From NCBI GenBank assembly GCA_017445475.1, contig JAFSUB010000001.1:14834-78833 (forward strand): 64,000 bases of DNA. The letters run 5' to 3'. A model generated the notes under the pieces. That model was not told the DNA's origin and ran no database searches. It saw nothing but the letters and a program-made list of their open reading frames with translations. Origin of the DNA: Alphaproteobacteria bacterium. Its GTDB lineage: Bacteria > Pseudomonadota > Alphaproteobacteria > RF32 > CAG-239. Made by a program: the position numbers and the translations under genes. Below, one piece after another: positions 31,589 to 40,053 of the stretch. Numbering within the stretch: position 1 is the first letter of the stretch; each line of letters starts with the position of its first letter.

Positions 31589-31632
31589 GTAAGACAGGAA
31601 TCTCCGGCTTTTTGCAAAGAGCCGAAAGAAAG

Positions 31633-33195
31633 TTATCTATGAAGTTCATGATAATAGGTCTTCATTTTGCGGCGCAAATTCACAAAATCTTGCGGCACGG
31701 AATGATAACCTATGGCATAACGATTAGCGTCTGGGTTCCAATAGCCGTAAGCATAAGAGGCATAGCAAACGCGTAGAGCAATTTCAGGTGATGCTGACTT
31801 GGCGGTAAATTTAATGTTCTTTTTGTCATTGCAATAGGGTTCTCTAAAAAACCTCACTTGCTTAATCAGCCCCATTTGCCATAAATGATAAACAGCTAAA
31901 CCTAAGTTTTTATGATCTTGATGCTGATTTTCACCATTGGCAAAATAAATGGAGGCTACCATCGCGTCAGCGCCATATTGCTTTAGATATTGCACAATTA
32001 TTTTTTCGGCAAAATCTGCCTTCAAAGTGCCGTCAACAGCGCGTTGCGGTAAAATATGTATGTTTTCCGGCGCCACACCCAATATCCGGCAGCTTTCGAT
32101 AAACTCGGCATCTCTGGCGCTTATAAACTCTTGCTCGCTTAATTGACAGTGATGGTGGCCGCTGTGCAAAGCACAATCTTGCCCGTCATTTAAGCGTGAT
32201 CTCACGCAAGATTTGGATCCGTCCGTGCACAAAACAACATGCACGTCATTACCCTTTTGGGCTTCAAAGCAAATATCAATTCCCATGCTCAAAAGTTCAT
32301 CGTCTTGGTGCGGCACAAAATATAAAATTGTGTTTGCTTGTGCGGGTTTGGGCCGAGTTGCCCCGTTTCCATCAAAGGAATCAGCAAAAATTTTTTGCCG
32401 GAAGCAGTCTTTGCCGAATTTTGAATCGAACCAATTTCTGATTTTTTCTAAATTTATATCATTGCCGCCGCGCAAGGTATTATCATAAAATAACCCAATC
32501 TGCTGTGAATTTTTGACATATCGCAAACTCTTAAAAGGGCGCGGTTGAACCACCGGCACATGTGATAAAACTTCAACGGTTTTCAGCCACAAATCGTCCG
32601 TATACAAGCTCAGGTTTTTAATCAAATTTTCATCAAAATATTGCAAATCAAGCAGTCTCGGCGGAAACAGCGAACCGGCGCCGTTTGTTGCCAGCAAACG
32701 CATTGATGGAACACCGATAATTTCATTTTGCTCGTAGGTGAAACGAGCATAAGGCGCAAATTTTTCACCTTGAGGATGCATCACATGGCTCCGCATTGCC
32801 GAAACCGCATGTGGAAATTTTTGATAAGATGCCAACAAACATTTGATCATATCACGCGGATAAATTAAATCATCATCAACCGTAATGACAATGCTGTCGC
32901 GATATTTTTGCAAAGCATAAAAGTATTTTTTATGCGGTTTTAAATCTTGACACCATTCAATGCAAATTTTGTTTTTTTTCGCAAGGTTAACCAGATAGGC
33001 AGGCAGGTCGTCTTCTCGACGAGGAAATTCCGATGTTGCAAGCCACAAAACAATCTTATCCGGTTTTTTGTTTTGCTTAAATATCGATTTTAAAACCGGT
33101 TGCAAACGGTTCATCCGCGGCGGATAAGAAGTCATGGAAACAATAATTTCCGGTGTGTGCTTTTTTTGCCGCCAAAGCTCAAAAATACCGAACAT
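31633..33195 (-). CDS. bifunctional-looking glycosyltransferase (DxD) / LmbE(PIG-L)-family deacetylase fusion
   Basis: N-terminal GT-A-like region with VITVDDDLIYP; C-terminal region with ILYFVPHQDDELLSMG and HQDH (zinc-binding HxDD / HxxH of PIG-L/LmbE deacetylases). Confidence 0.6.
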   Translation of the reverse strand: MFGIFELWRQKKHTPEIIVSMTSYPPRMNRLQPVLKSIFKQNKKPDKIVLWLATSEFPRREDDLPAYLVNLAKKNKICIEWCQDLKPHKKYFYALQKYRDSIVITVDDDLIYPRDMIKCLLASYQKFPHAVSAMRSHVMHPQGEKFAPYARFTYEQNEIIGVPSMRLLATNGAGSLFPPRLLDLQYFDENLIKNLSLYTDDLWLKTVEVLSHVPVVQPRPFKSLRYVKNSQQIGLFYDNTLRGGNDINLEKIRNWFDSKFGKDCFRQKIFADSFDGNGATRPKPAQANTILYFVPHQDDELLSMGIDICFEAQKGNDVHVVLCTDGSKSCVRSRLNDGQDCALHSGHHHCQLSEQEFISARDAEFIESCRILGVAPENIHILPQRAVDGTLKADFAEKIIVQYLKQYGADAMVASIYFANGENQHQDHKNLGLAVYHLWQMGLIKQVRFFREPYCNDKKNIKFTAKSASPEIALRVCYASYAYGYWNPDANRYAIGYHSVPQDFVNLRRKMKTYYHELHR

Positions 33196-33204
33196 AAACA
33201 GATT

Positions 33205-33741
33205 CTAAATTTCAAGCGCATATATATCTTTAACGCGCCAATCCTCACCGTTTGGCACCAAAACATAAATGATTCGTCCTTGACACAATCCAAACCAATT
33301 GCCATCACAGGTGCTGTCTGTATGAATTTCAACCAAATCTGCCGCAATCGGCTTAATTTTTGCAATTTTAAAGCTCATTTTGGTCGGGCGATTTAAGGAT
33401 TCGTCTGTCATAAAAATAAACTTCGGAAGCTTTGATTCGCGACAGCCGGCATAGTCCGGATTTAAGGTGCATTTAACGGCAAATTCAACGGCGCAAGCCA
33501 TCTGGCTGTCTAAAGAACACTTGTTTGAAAGCTTGTCTGCCTGATAATCGTATGTTTTATCACCAAAAACTTTTGCCGCAATAACAGGTGGTTCGTCTGA
33601 ATTTACAATCGGTGCTGAAACCTTTGTTTTCCATGCATATAAACCAACTAAAATAACAATCATTAACACGAACGCAACAATTTTTTTAATCATTTCGCTT
33701 TTTATCTCCTCTTGTTTTAATTGATTGATAACCTTTTTCAC
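33205..33741 (-). CDS. hypothetical Cys-rich exported/membrane-anchored protein
   Basis: Signal-anchor IVAFVLMIVILVGLYAW; seven Cys in the mature part. Confidence 0.4.
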   Translation of the reverse strand: MKKVINQLKQEEIKSEMIKKIVAFVLMIVILVGLYAWKTKVSAPIVNSDEPPVIAAKVFGDKTYDYQADKLSNKCSLDSQMACAVEFAVKCTLNPDYAGCRESKLPKFIFMTDESLNRPTKMSFKIAKIKPIAADLVEIHTDSTCDGNWFGLCQGRIIYVLVPNGEDWRVKDIYALEI

Positions 33742-33789
33742 ATCATAATCAATCGAAAATAAAAATAAAGTAAATTTTTTCGTTAATTC

Positions 33790-33818
33790 TTGCTATTTTT
33801 GCATTTTAAGCGTATGAT
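33790..33818 (+). promoter_or_regulatory. sigma70-like promoter for pilin gene
   Basis: TTGCTA -17 bp- TATGAT, 24 bp upstream of an AAGGGG RBS and the ATG at 33843. Confidence 0.35.
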
Positions 33819-33842
33819 GCAAAGAAAAAAGGGGTTTGTGAT

Positions 33843-34463
33843 ATGGGTTTTGAAAAGAAAAGCAACCAAAACGGTCGAACCATTGTCGAGCTGATTGCGT
33901 ATATCGTTGTGATGGTTGCGATAACGGCGTCGGTTGCGCAAATTGTTGCGCAAGGATTGCATAAATATGAAAGCAGTGCCGTTTTGCAACAGCTTCTTGA
34001 TTTGAAAAAGGTTATTGCGGCGCGTTATGCGGCCGACGGAAACTATCAAAATCTTTCATGGAATGATTTGTGCGCAGACAGAATCGGCCCGAAATCTTTA
34101 ATGCCCGAAACGGATGATTCAACCGGAGAATGCGCCGCCCAACATGGCCGCCACATTTTTGACGGAATCGTTCGTATCGGCTCTGCCGACGTCGGAAAAA
34201 CCTATTACATCGAATTTCAAGAATTGCCTCAAGACGTTTGCGTGCAGCTTGGAACAATTGTTTGGAGCAATATGGACGGTTCTGATTTAGACCGTATGAT
34301 TATCGGGCAAGGCGCAAGTTTGCAAAATCCGAAAACGTGGGTTTGGCAATATTCACCTGTGTCCGAAGCAGACGGCGACAAAGAGCTTCCGGCAAACATC
34401 AGAGATGTTGCTGATTCGTGCACAAGCGAAGATGACAACACCATAAGGTGGTATTTCAACTAA
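33843..34463 (+). CDS. type IV pilin-like protein (prepilin-type N-terminus)
   Basis: Short basic leader ending in G, then RTIVELIAYIVVMVAI with Glu at mature position +5 (class III signal-peptide architecture); Cys pair near C-terminus. Confidence 0.6.
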   Translation: MGFEKKSNQNGRTIVELIAYIVVMVAITASVAQIVAQGLHKYESSAVLQQLLDLKKVIAARYAADGNYQNLSWNDLCADRIGPKSLMPETDDSTGECAAQHGRHIFDGIVRIGSADVGKTYYIEFQELPQDVCVQLGTIVWSNMDGSDLDRMIIGQGASLQNPKTWVWQYSPVSEADGDKELPANIRDVADSCTSEDDNTIRWYFN

Positions 34464-34553
34464 ATTGTGATTATGTTGCAAAAGAGGTTGAAGTTTCGAA
34501 AGCAACTTGTTAAGTTCATTTCTAACAATGATTTATTTTTTTAGGAGATAACA

Positions 34554-34979
34554 ATGGTCAGTTCAATTATATTACCGCCGGATTATAAGCCTTCGAATAA
34601 AGAAGAATATATGAACGAAATGCAGCTTGAGTATTTTCGCCAAAAGCTTGAAGCTTGGAAAAAGACGCTTGTTACGCAATCTGAAGACACGCTTGAAGAT
34701 TTGCGTCAGGGCGGTTTGAACCAGCCTGATGACATTGACAGAGCGGCGCTCGAAACAGACAAGTCGCTTGATTTAAGAACAAAAGACCGCGCACGTAAGC
34801 TGATTTCTAAAATTAACGAGGCATTAGAACGCATTGCAGACGGCACATACGGCTATTGCGAAGAAACGGGCGAGCCGATTGGAATTGAGCGTTTGGAAGC
34901 AAGACCGATTGCAACGCTTTCCATTGAGGCGCAAGAACGCCATGAGCGCATGGAAAAAACCTATGATGACGAAGCATAG
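34554..34979 (+). CDS. dksA: RNA polymerase-binding transcription factor DksA
   Basis: EEYMNEMQLEYFRQKLEAWKK coiled-coil and C4 zinc finger CEETGEPIG...; aligns along the length of E. coli DksA. Confidence 0.85.
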   Translation: MVSSIILPPDYKPSNKEEYMNEMQLEYFRQKLEAWKKTLVTQSEDTLEDLRQGGLNQPDDIDRAALETDKSLDLRTKDRARKLISKINEALERIADGTYGYCEETGEPIGIERLEARPIATLSIEAQERHERMEKTYDDEA

Positions 34980-34998
34980 TTAAAAATCAACAAACAAT

Positions 34999-35571
34999 AT
35001 GACCACGAAAGACTTTATATTGGCGTCTTCTTCGCCGCAGCGCAAGCGTCTTCTCGAGCAAATCGGATTTGCTCCGAAAAGCGTTGCTTCGGCAAACATT
35101 GATGAGGCCGAGTTAAAATTTGAAAAACCATTGCCTTATGTTAAAAGAATGGCGCTTGAAAAAGCCAAAGCCGTGGCAAATCTTTATCCGAACGAAAATG
35201 TTTTGGCCTCAGATACCATCATCACGGTTGGTTTGCGGATTGTGCATAAGTCTGAAACGATTGATGCGCAGCGTCAAGTCATGAAACTTCTTTCGGGGCG
35301 CAACCACAAGGTGATCAGCGCCGTTTGTCTGATAGATAAAAAGGGAAAAATCAGCGAGCGTGTGGTTACAACGCGCATTTTTATGAAACGCTTGAGCCAA
35401 GAAGAAATTGAAACATATCTTCAAAGCAAAGAATGGGTTGGTGTTTGCGGCTACAAAATCGAGGGGATGCTTGCCGGCTTTGTTCAAAAAATGGTCGGCT
35501 CATTTTCGGGCGTGGTCGGATTGCCGCTTTATGAAACAAAAAATTTACTTGAGGGAGCAGGGATAAAATGA
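34999..35571 (+). CDS. maf: Maf-like nucleoside triphosphate pyrophosphatase
   Basis: ILASSSPQRKRLLEQIG N-terminus and Maf fold length (190 aa). Confidence 0.85.
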   Translation: MTTKDFILASSSPQRKRLLEQIGFAPKSVASANIDEAELKFEKPLPYVKRMALEKAKAVANLYPNENVLASDTIITVGLRIVHKSETIDAQRQVMKLLSGRNHKVISAVCLIDKKGKISERVVTTRIFMKRLSQEEIETYLQSKEWVGVCGYKIEGMLAGFVQKMVGSFSGVVGLPLYETKNLLEGAGIK

Positions 35572-36731
35572 AACCGGACACAATTGTTTATGAAAAAAAA
35601 GGCGGAACCGTTCGTTTGGCTGTTTTGCAAAACGGGCAGATGGTTGAGTTTGATATGTTTGACACCACTGCCGCCATTGAAGGAAATGTTTATTTGGGGC
35701 GCATCGTCCACAAGCTTGAAACGGCAGGCGGCCATACGGCTTTTAAGGTGAATATCGGCGACACGGCAGAAGCGTTTTTGAACGCGTATGAGCCCGAGCT
35801 CAAAGAGGTGAATATGTCTGAAGGGCAAAGCGTTGTGGTTCAGATTGCCCAAGAAAAGCGTGCCGAAAAAGGCGCCAAAGTTGTTCGCAACATTCAAATT
35901 GTCGGCACGACGGTTGTGTATCGTCCGTTTCGAACCGACATTGAAATTTCATCAAAAATCACAGACAAAGAGAAGGCAAAAGAATATCGCAGCGCCATCA
36001 GATGCAATGTTTTGGCTCAAGAAGGCTGGGCTTTGCGCACGGCGGCGATAGATTTTGACGTTGACACGGTTTTAGAGGAAATGGTTAAACTGCGCGCCAT
36101 TTATGAAAATATTCGCATCAAAGCGCGCACGGCTGTTGCACCCGCACTGTTATACACAAGAGAAAATCCGTTGTTTGAATATATCCGCCGCCACAAAGAA
36201 AGCTTGAAAAAGGTTGTTGTTAATGACCATAACCTTAAGTCGGAAATTGAAGATTTTATGGATTTAGACGTTGAATATCATGCTGCGCCGTTTGAAACAT
36301 ACGGTCTTGAAGATCAGCTCATTGAGGCGCTTGAAAAGACAATCAACCTTAAGTGCGGCGGCAAGGTTCAGGTTGAGCAGACGAGGGCATTTGTGGCCAT
36401 AGATGTTGACAGCGGTGCCATTAAAGAGGGCGACAAGGTTGATGCCTTAAACAGTGAGGCGGCTGTTGAAATTGCACGCCAAATCAGGCTCAAAAATCTG
36501 TCGGGCAAAATTATTGTTGATTTTGCCGGTTCAAAGGAATATCGATTTATGAAGCCTTTGATGGATTTGCTTTCATCTGAACTTGCCGATGATCCGTGCC
36601 GTGCGCGAACGGTTGGTTTGAGCAAGGCAGGAAACATTGAAATTTTGCGTCAAAGACGGCGTCCGTCGCTGATTGATTTGTTCACAACCGAGTGTCCGAC
36701 GTGTCAGGGAACGGGCAGGGTTGAAAAATAA
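35568..36731 (+). CDS. rng: RNase E/G family ribonuclease
   Basis: N-terminal S1 domain (NVYLGRIVHKLE...AFKVNIGD), DNase I-like catalytic region, C-terminal Zn-link CPTCQGTG; translationally coupled to maf and yacG. Confidence 0.8.
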   Translation: MKPDTIVYEKKGGTVRLAVLQNGQMVEFDMFDTTAAIEGNVYLGRIVHKLETAGGHTAFKVNIGDTAEAFLNAYEPELKEVNMSEGQSVVVQIAQEKRAEKGAKVVRNIQIVGTTVVYRPFRTDIEISSKITDKEKAKEYRSAIRCNVLAQEGWALRTAAIDFDVDTVLEEMVKLRAIYENIRIKARTAVAPALLYTRENPLFEYIRRHKESLKKVVVNDHNLKSEIEDFMDLDVEYHAAPFETYGLEDQLIEALEKTINLKCGGKVQVEQTRAFVAIDVDSGAIKEGDKVDALNSEAAVEIARQIRLKNLSGKIIVDFAGSKEYRFMKPLMDLLSSELADDPCRARTVGLSKAGNIEILRQRRRPSLIDLFTTECPTCQGTGRVEK

Positions 36732-36925
36732 TGGTTAAACCGCACAAATGCCCGATTTGCGGCAAAGAAACAGCAGATGAAAAATATCGTCCGTTTTGTT
36801 CAAAGCGTTGTGCCGATGTCGATTTAGGCCGTTGGTTTGACGGCGCATACGCCGTGCCGGCTGAAAACCTTGATAAAGCAGATTATGAAGAGCTTGAAAA
36901 AGCCCTTGATGATGCGAAAATTTAA
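36731..36925 (+). CDS. yacG: DNA gyrase inhibitor YacG (zinc ribbon)
   Basis: CPICGK...CSKRCADVDLGRWF Cys4 motif, 64 aa. Confidence 0.8.
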   Translation: MVKPHKCPICGKETADEKYRPFCSKRCADVDLGRWFDGAYAVPAENLDKADYEELEKALDDAKI

Positions 36926-37025
36926 GAATGTTTCACGTGAAACATCTTATATATTTATAAGAAAAATCATATACTTATACATCATCAAGGGTGATGTTTT
37001 TTTGCACGTTTTGCCTTTTGTAATG

Positions 37026-37271
37026 TCAGTTGGAACGGCAATCATTTTTTCTTTCGTCAACAAGCCTTATTTCGATGGATTTGTGGAAATATTTCAAAGC
37101 CTCTTCAAAATTTATCCAGCCGACGCGATCTAAGCCGAGCTCAAGTCTTTCATACATGGCGGGACTTGTTTTAAGCGCCCTTGAGCAGGCGGCCATGCTT
37201 GTGTTGTTTCTTCGGCGCTCTTCAAAAAGAATACGGCCGAGCATTTTTTTGATTTGTTTTTGAATTGTCAT
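37026..37271 (-). CDS. small XRE-like HTH protein (cassette copy A)
   Basis: 81 aa; shares near-identical first ~70 aa with the ORF at 54204..54437; HTH-like LGRILFEERRRNNTSMAACSRALKTSPAMYERLELG. Confidence 0.6.
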   Translation of the reverse strand: MTIQKQIKKMLGRILFEERRRNNTSMAACSRALKTSPAMYERLELGLDRVGWINFEEALKYFHKSIEIRLVDERKNDCRSN

Positions 37272-37299
37272 AAGTAACTCCTGTTTTGTTCATGTTTCT

Positions 37300-37500
37300 A
37301 AAAAAAAACCGTTTTGAAAAAATCTCAAAACGGGGAGCTAACAAACTGTTACAGCACAGATGAGCTTATTCGCGCAAAGCCTTATATCGCCCACTCCCCA
37401 ATGTGGAGTTAACTGTAAGATGTTTGTTAAACACCGCAACCAATCGGTTGCAACGCTATTATGGGAAGATTTTTCTTAAATGTAAAGCAAAAATTTGAAG
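37300..37500 (-). ncRNA. conserved structured leader/sRNA candidate ending in intrinsic terminator (copy A)
   Basis: ~200 nt conserved with 54470..54660; hairpins ACTCC-N7-GGAGT and GCAACC-AATC-GGTTGC (copy B has compensatory GCAATC-AACC-GATTGC); minus-strand terminator CCGTTTTGA...TCAAAACGG plus 9 U, 29 nt before the XRE start. Confidence 0.35.
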
Positions 37501-37547
37501 ATGCTCTGATTTTTGCTTTGCAACAAAAGCATAACGGTTGTTGTGCA
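37497..37547. repeat. dispersed ~50-bp repeat (left flank of cargo A)
   Basis: GAAGATGCTCTGATTTTTGCTTTGCAACAAAAGCATAACGGTTGTTG recurs at 39030..39080; related copies at 54674..54711 and 57462..57493. Confidence 0.5.
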
Positions 37548-37635
37548 GATGCCTATGTGTTCACTCTTGCAGATGCAAATTAAGTTTTCTTAAAAAAAAG
37601 AATCCGTATGCCTTAAAAAGTATGCGGATTCTTCT

Positions 37636-38835
37636 TTATATCAGCAGCCAATCCAAAACATTTATTTGTTTAATTCCGTTGTGCGATGTAACGGGGATCG
37701 GATCCATTGTCAGTAAATATTTCGGATTATGGTCATTAATCAGTTGCAGAGGTCTTAATTCGCGTTCCAATACATTTTGTTCAACGGCCGTCCATGCAAC
37801 CTGATAATGTTCAACATCAGTTCCTTGCAAGGCCGTAAAATCAACCTCGTATTCACCGACTTTACCCACAAACACTTTATATCCGCGGCGTATCAGTTCA
37901 AGAAACACAATATTTTCCAAAATATGGCCGTAATCTCGGCTTGTTTGTCCGACAAGCAAATTTCTTAAAGCTATGTCGGCGATATAATATTTTTCACCGG
38001 TTTTCAAATATTCTTTACCCTTAATATCATAGCGAGGGACAGAATATAGAAAATAACAATCTTTAAGCGATGAAATATAACTATCTACCGTGTGTGTGGA
38101 TATGTCCTGACCGTCAGATGACATTGTATCGGCAATTTTTTTAATGGAAACCAAATTACCGATGTTGTCGCTCATAAATTTTGCAACGCGTTTTAAGGCT
38201 GAAGTGTCCGTCAAGCCTCGTCTGTCCGCAATATCTTTAACAATAATTGTGTTGTAAAGGGCATCCAAATAACCTGAAATGTTTTTTGAATCGCCGTTGA
38301 GTAATAACGTAAAAGGAAATGAACTGTCCGTTATATATTTTTGAAACAAATCCGACTTGCTTAAATTTTCAAAAGCTTGACGATATTCTTTGAGGGAAAA
38401 AGGTTGCATTCCGATTTCTATATAACGGCCGGAAAGCAACGTTGCCAGCTCTCCCGAGAGCAAATAAGAATTAGACCCCGTTAAATATAAGTCAACATTT
38501 TTTTTAACAAACAATGCGTCCACGGTTTTTTGAAAATCCGGAACATATTGAATTTCATCTAAGAGGACATAATTCATCTTGTCTGCAATAAGGCGTTCTT
38601 TGATATGTTGATACAATTTTTTATGATTCGTTAAATCTTGATATTTTTCGTCCTCAGATTCTTCAAAATTTATGCGAATGATTTGGTTTTGCTCGACACC
38701 GCTGTTAAGCAAATATGCCTCAAACAAATCAAAAAGGGTTGATTTTCCCGAGCGGCGAATGCCGGTTATAATTTTAATAATGGGTTTGTTTTTAAGGCTT
38801 ATCAGCCTGTCAATATATTCTTGGCGCTTTATCAT
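37636..38835 (-). CDS. AAA+ ATPase of the DUF4143 (AAA_14) family
   Basis: Walker A GIRRSGKST, Walker B VLLDEIQ, C-terminal DUF4143-like region; flanked by direct repeats. Confidence 0.75.
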   Translation of the reverse strand: MIKRQEYIDRLISLKNKPIIKIITGIRRSGKSTLFDLFEAYLLNSGVEQNQIIRINFEESEDEKYQDLTNHKKLYQHIKERLIADKMNYVLLDEIQYVPDFQKTVDALFVKKNVDLYLTGSNSYLLSGELATLLSGRYIEIGMQPFSLKEYRQAFENLSKSDLFQKYITDSSFPFTLLLNGDSKNISGYLDALYNTIIVKDIADRRGLTDTSALKRVAKFMSDNIGNLVSIKKIADTMSSDGQDISTHTVDSYISSLKDCYFLYSVPRYDIKGKEYLKTGEKYYIADIALRNLLVGQTSRDYGHILENIVFLELIRRGYKVFVGKVGEYEVDFTALQGTDVEHYQVAWTAVEQNVLERELRPLQLINDHNPKYLLTMDPIPVTSHNGIKQINVLDWLLI

Positions 38836-39029
38836 GAAACCTCCTTATTTAAAGATAATAATCAAAAAATTTGAAAAGTAAAACTAAAAGTTTATAAAAA
38901 TAATAAAAATTAGAAATTATTTTCAAATTATGGTCAACTCTTCGGACGGTGCGTCAGCGCATCAAGGGAACTCACCTTTGAAGCGTCGCACCTTTGGTGC
39001 ATATACGCTTCTGCTTTGTTATATAAAAT

Positions 39030-39080
39030 AGAAGATGCTCTGATTTTTGCTTTGCAAAAAAGGCATAACGGTTGTTGCGG
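39030..39080. repeat. dispersed ~50-bp repeat (right flank of cargo A)
   Basis: Near-identical to 37497..37547. Confidence 0.5.
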
Positions 39081-39108
39081 TTGTTTTGTTATTTTGATTT
39101 TTTTTTGC

Positions 39109-39137
39109 TTGACATCGCGGCGGATATTTTTTATAAA
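39109..39137 (+). promoter_or_regulatory. sigma70-like promoter for rpmH-rnpA operon
   Basis: TTGACA -17 bp- TATAAA about 75 nt upstream of the rpmH ATG. Confidence 0.45.
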
Positions 39138-39213
39138 GGCACTCTATTAACACCGAGAACCTTTTGAAACAATGAAGGTTTTAAATAAATAACAAATAAA
39201 CCGGAGAAATGAA

Positions 39214-39348
39214 ATGAAAAGAACATATCAACCAAGTAAGCTCGTCAGAGCCCGCCGCCATGGTTTTCGTGCACGTATGGCAACCGTCGGCGGACGGAAA
39301 GTTTTGGCAGCGCGCCGTGCAAGAGGGCGCAAAAAGCTTTCTGCTTAA
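39214..39348 (+). CDS. rpmH: 50S ribosomal protein L34
   Basis: Translates to [44 protein letters not shown] (44 aa, canonical L34); missed by the >=60-aa ORF track. Confidence 0.9.
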   Translation: MKRTYQPSKLVRARRHGFRARMATVGGRKVLAARRARGRKKLSA

Positions 39349-39360
39349 CATTAAGATGAG

Positions 39361-39783
39361 ATGAAAAAAATTCTTCACTTAAAAAAAAGAAGAGATTTTT
39401 TGCGAGTCGCCGAGGGGATTCGGATGGTTGTTTCAACCGTGATTCTTCAGGCGGCTCCCAGTCTTATTAAGGAAAAAGTTCCTTTTAAGGTTGGTTTTAC
39501 AACAACCAAAAAGCTCGGCAAAGCACACGTCAGAAATCGTGCGCGTCGCAGGCTTCGTGCCGTTGTGCGTGAGGTTTTTGAACAACTTGCGCTTGACAAT
39601 GTGGAATATGTTTTAATCGGGCGCTACAACACGGCGACTTGCCCTTATAAAGACTTGAAAAGTGATGTGAAGTGGGCATTAAAAAAGGCCAATGCAATGA
39701 TTGAAAAGGGCATATATCAATCGCCGCCGCCCGAAAAAAAGGAAAGCAAGAGCAATGAAGACACTGCTGATTTTTCTTGTTAG
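39361..39783 (+). CDS. rnpA: RNase P protein component
   Basis: Basic protein with [10 protein letters not shown] and RNR motif region [12 protein letters not shown]; follows rpmH. Confidence 0.85.
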   Translation: MKKILHLKKRRDFLRVAEGIRMVVSTVILQAAPSLIKEKVPFKVGFTTTKKLGKAHVRNRARRRLRAVVREVFEQLALDNVEYVLIGRYNTATCPYKDLKSDVKWALKKANAMIEKGIYQSPPPEKKESKSNEDTADFSC

Positions 39784-39979
39784 GGGCTATCAAAAGCTCA
39801 TATCGCCATTCATGCCTGATTGTTGCCGGTATAAGCCGAGCTGTTCGGAATATATGGTTGAGGCGCTTAAAAAACACGGTGCCCTCAAAGGCTTGTTTTT
39901 GGGGACAAAGCGCATTTTGCGCTGCCACCCTTTCGGCGGTTCGGGCTATGATCCCGTGCCTGAAAAAGAAGAAGATTGA
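39755..39979 (+). CDS. yidD: membrane protein insertion efficiency factor YidD
   Basis: [23 protein letters not shown]...[13 protein letters not shown]; start set at the internal ATG at 39755. Confidence 0.85.
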   Translation: MKTLLIFLVRGYQKLISPFMPDCCRYKPSCSEYMVEALKKHGALKGLFLGTKRILRCHPFGGSGYDPVPEKEED

Positions 39980-40053
39980 AGCTTGTGTTTTAAGGTCTTG
40001 TGTTTTGCAAAAAAGTAGATTAAAAAGAACGTAATTTTTTAAAAAAACGTTGC

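Noticed and set aside
37538-37804. 88-aa ORF on the plus strand spanning the cassette repeat and the ATPase 3' end
   Set aside because: It overlaps the repeat and is antisense to the DUF4143 ATPase gene; no RBS and a Cys-rich nonsense-like composition.
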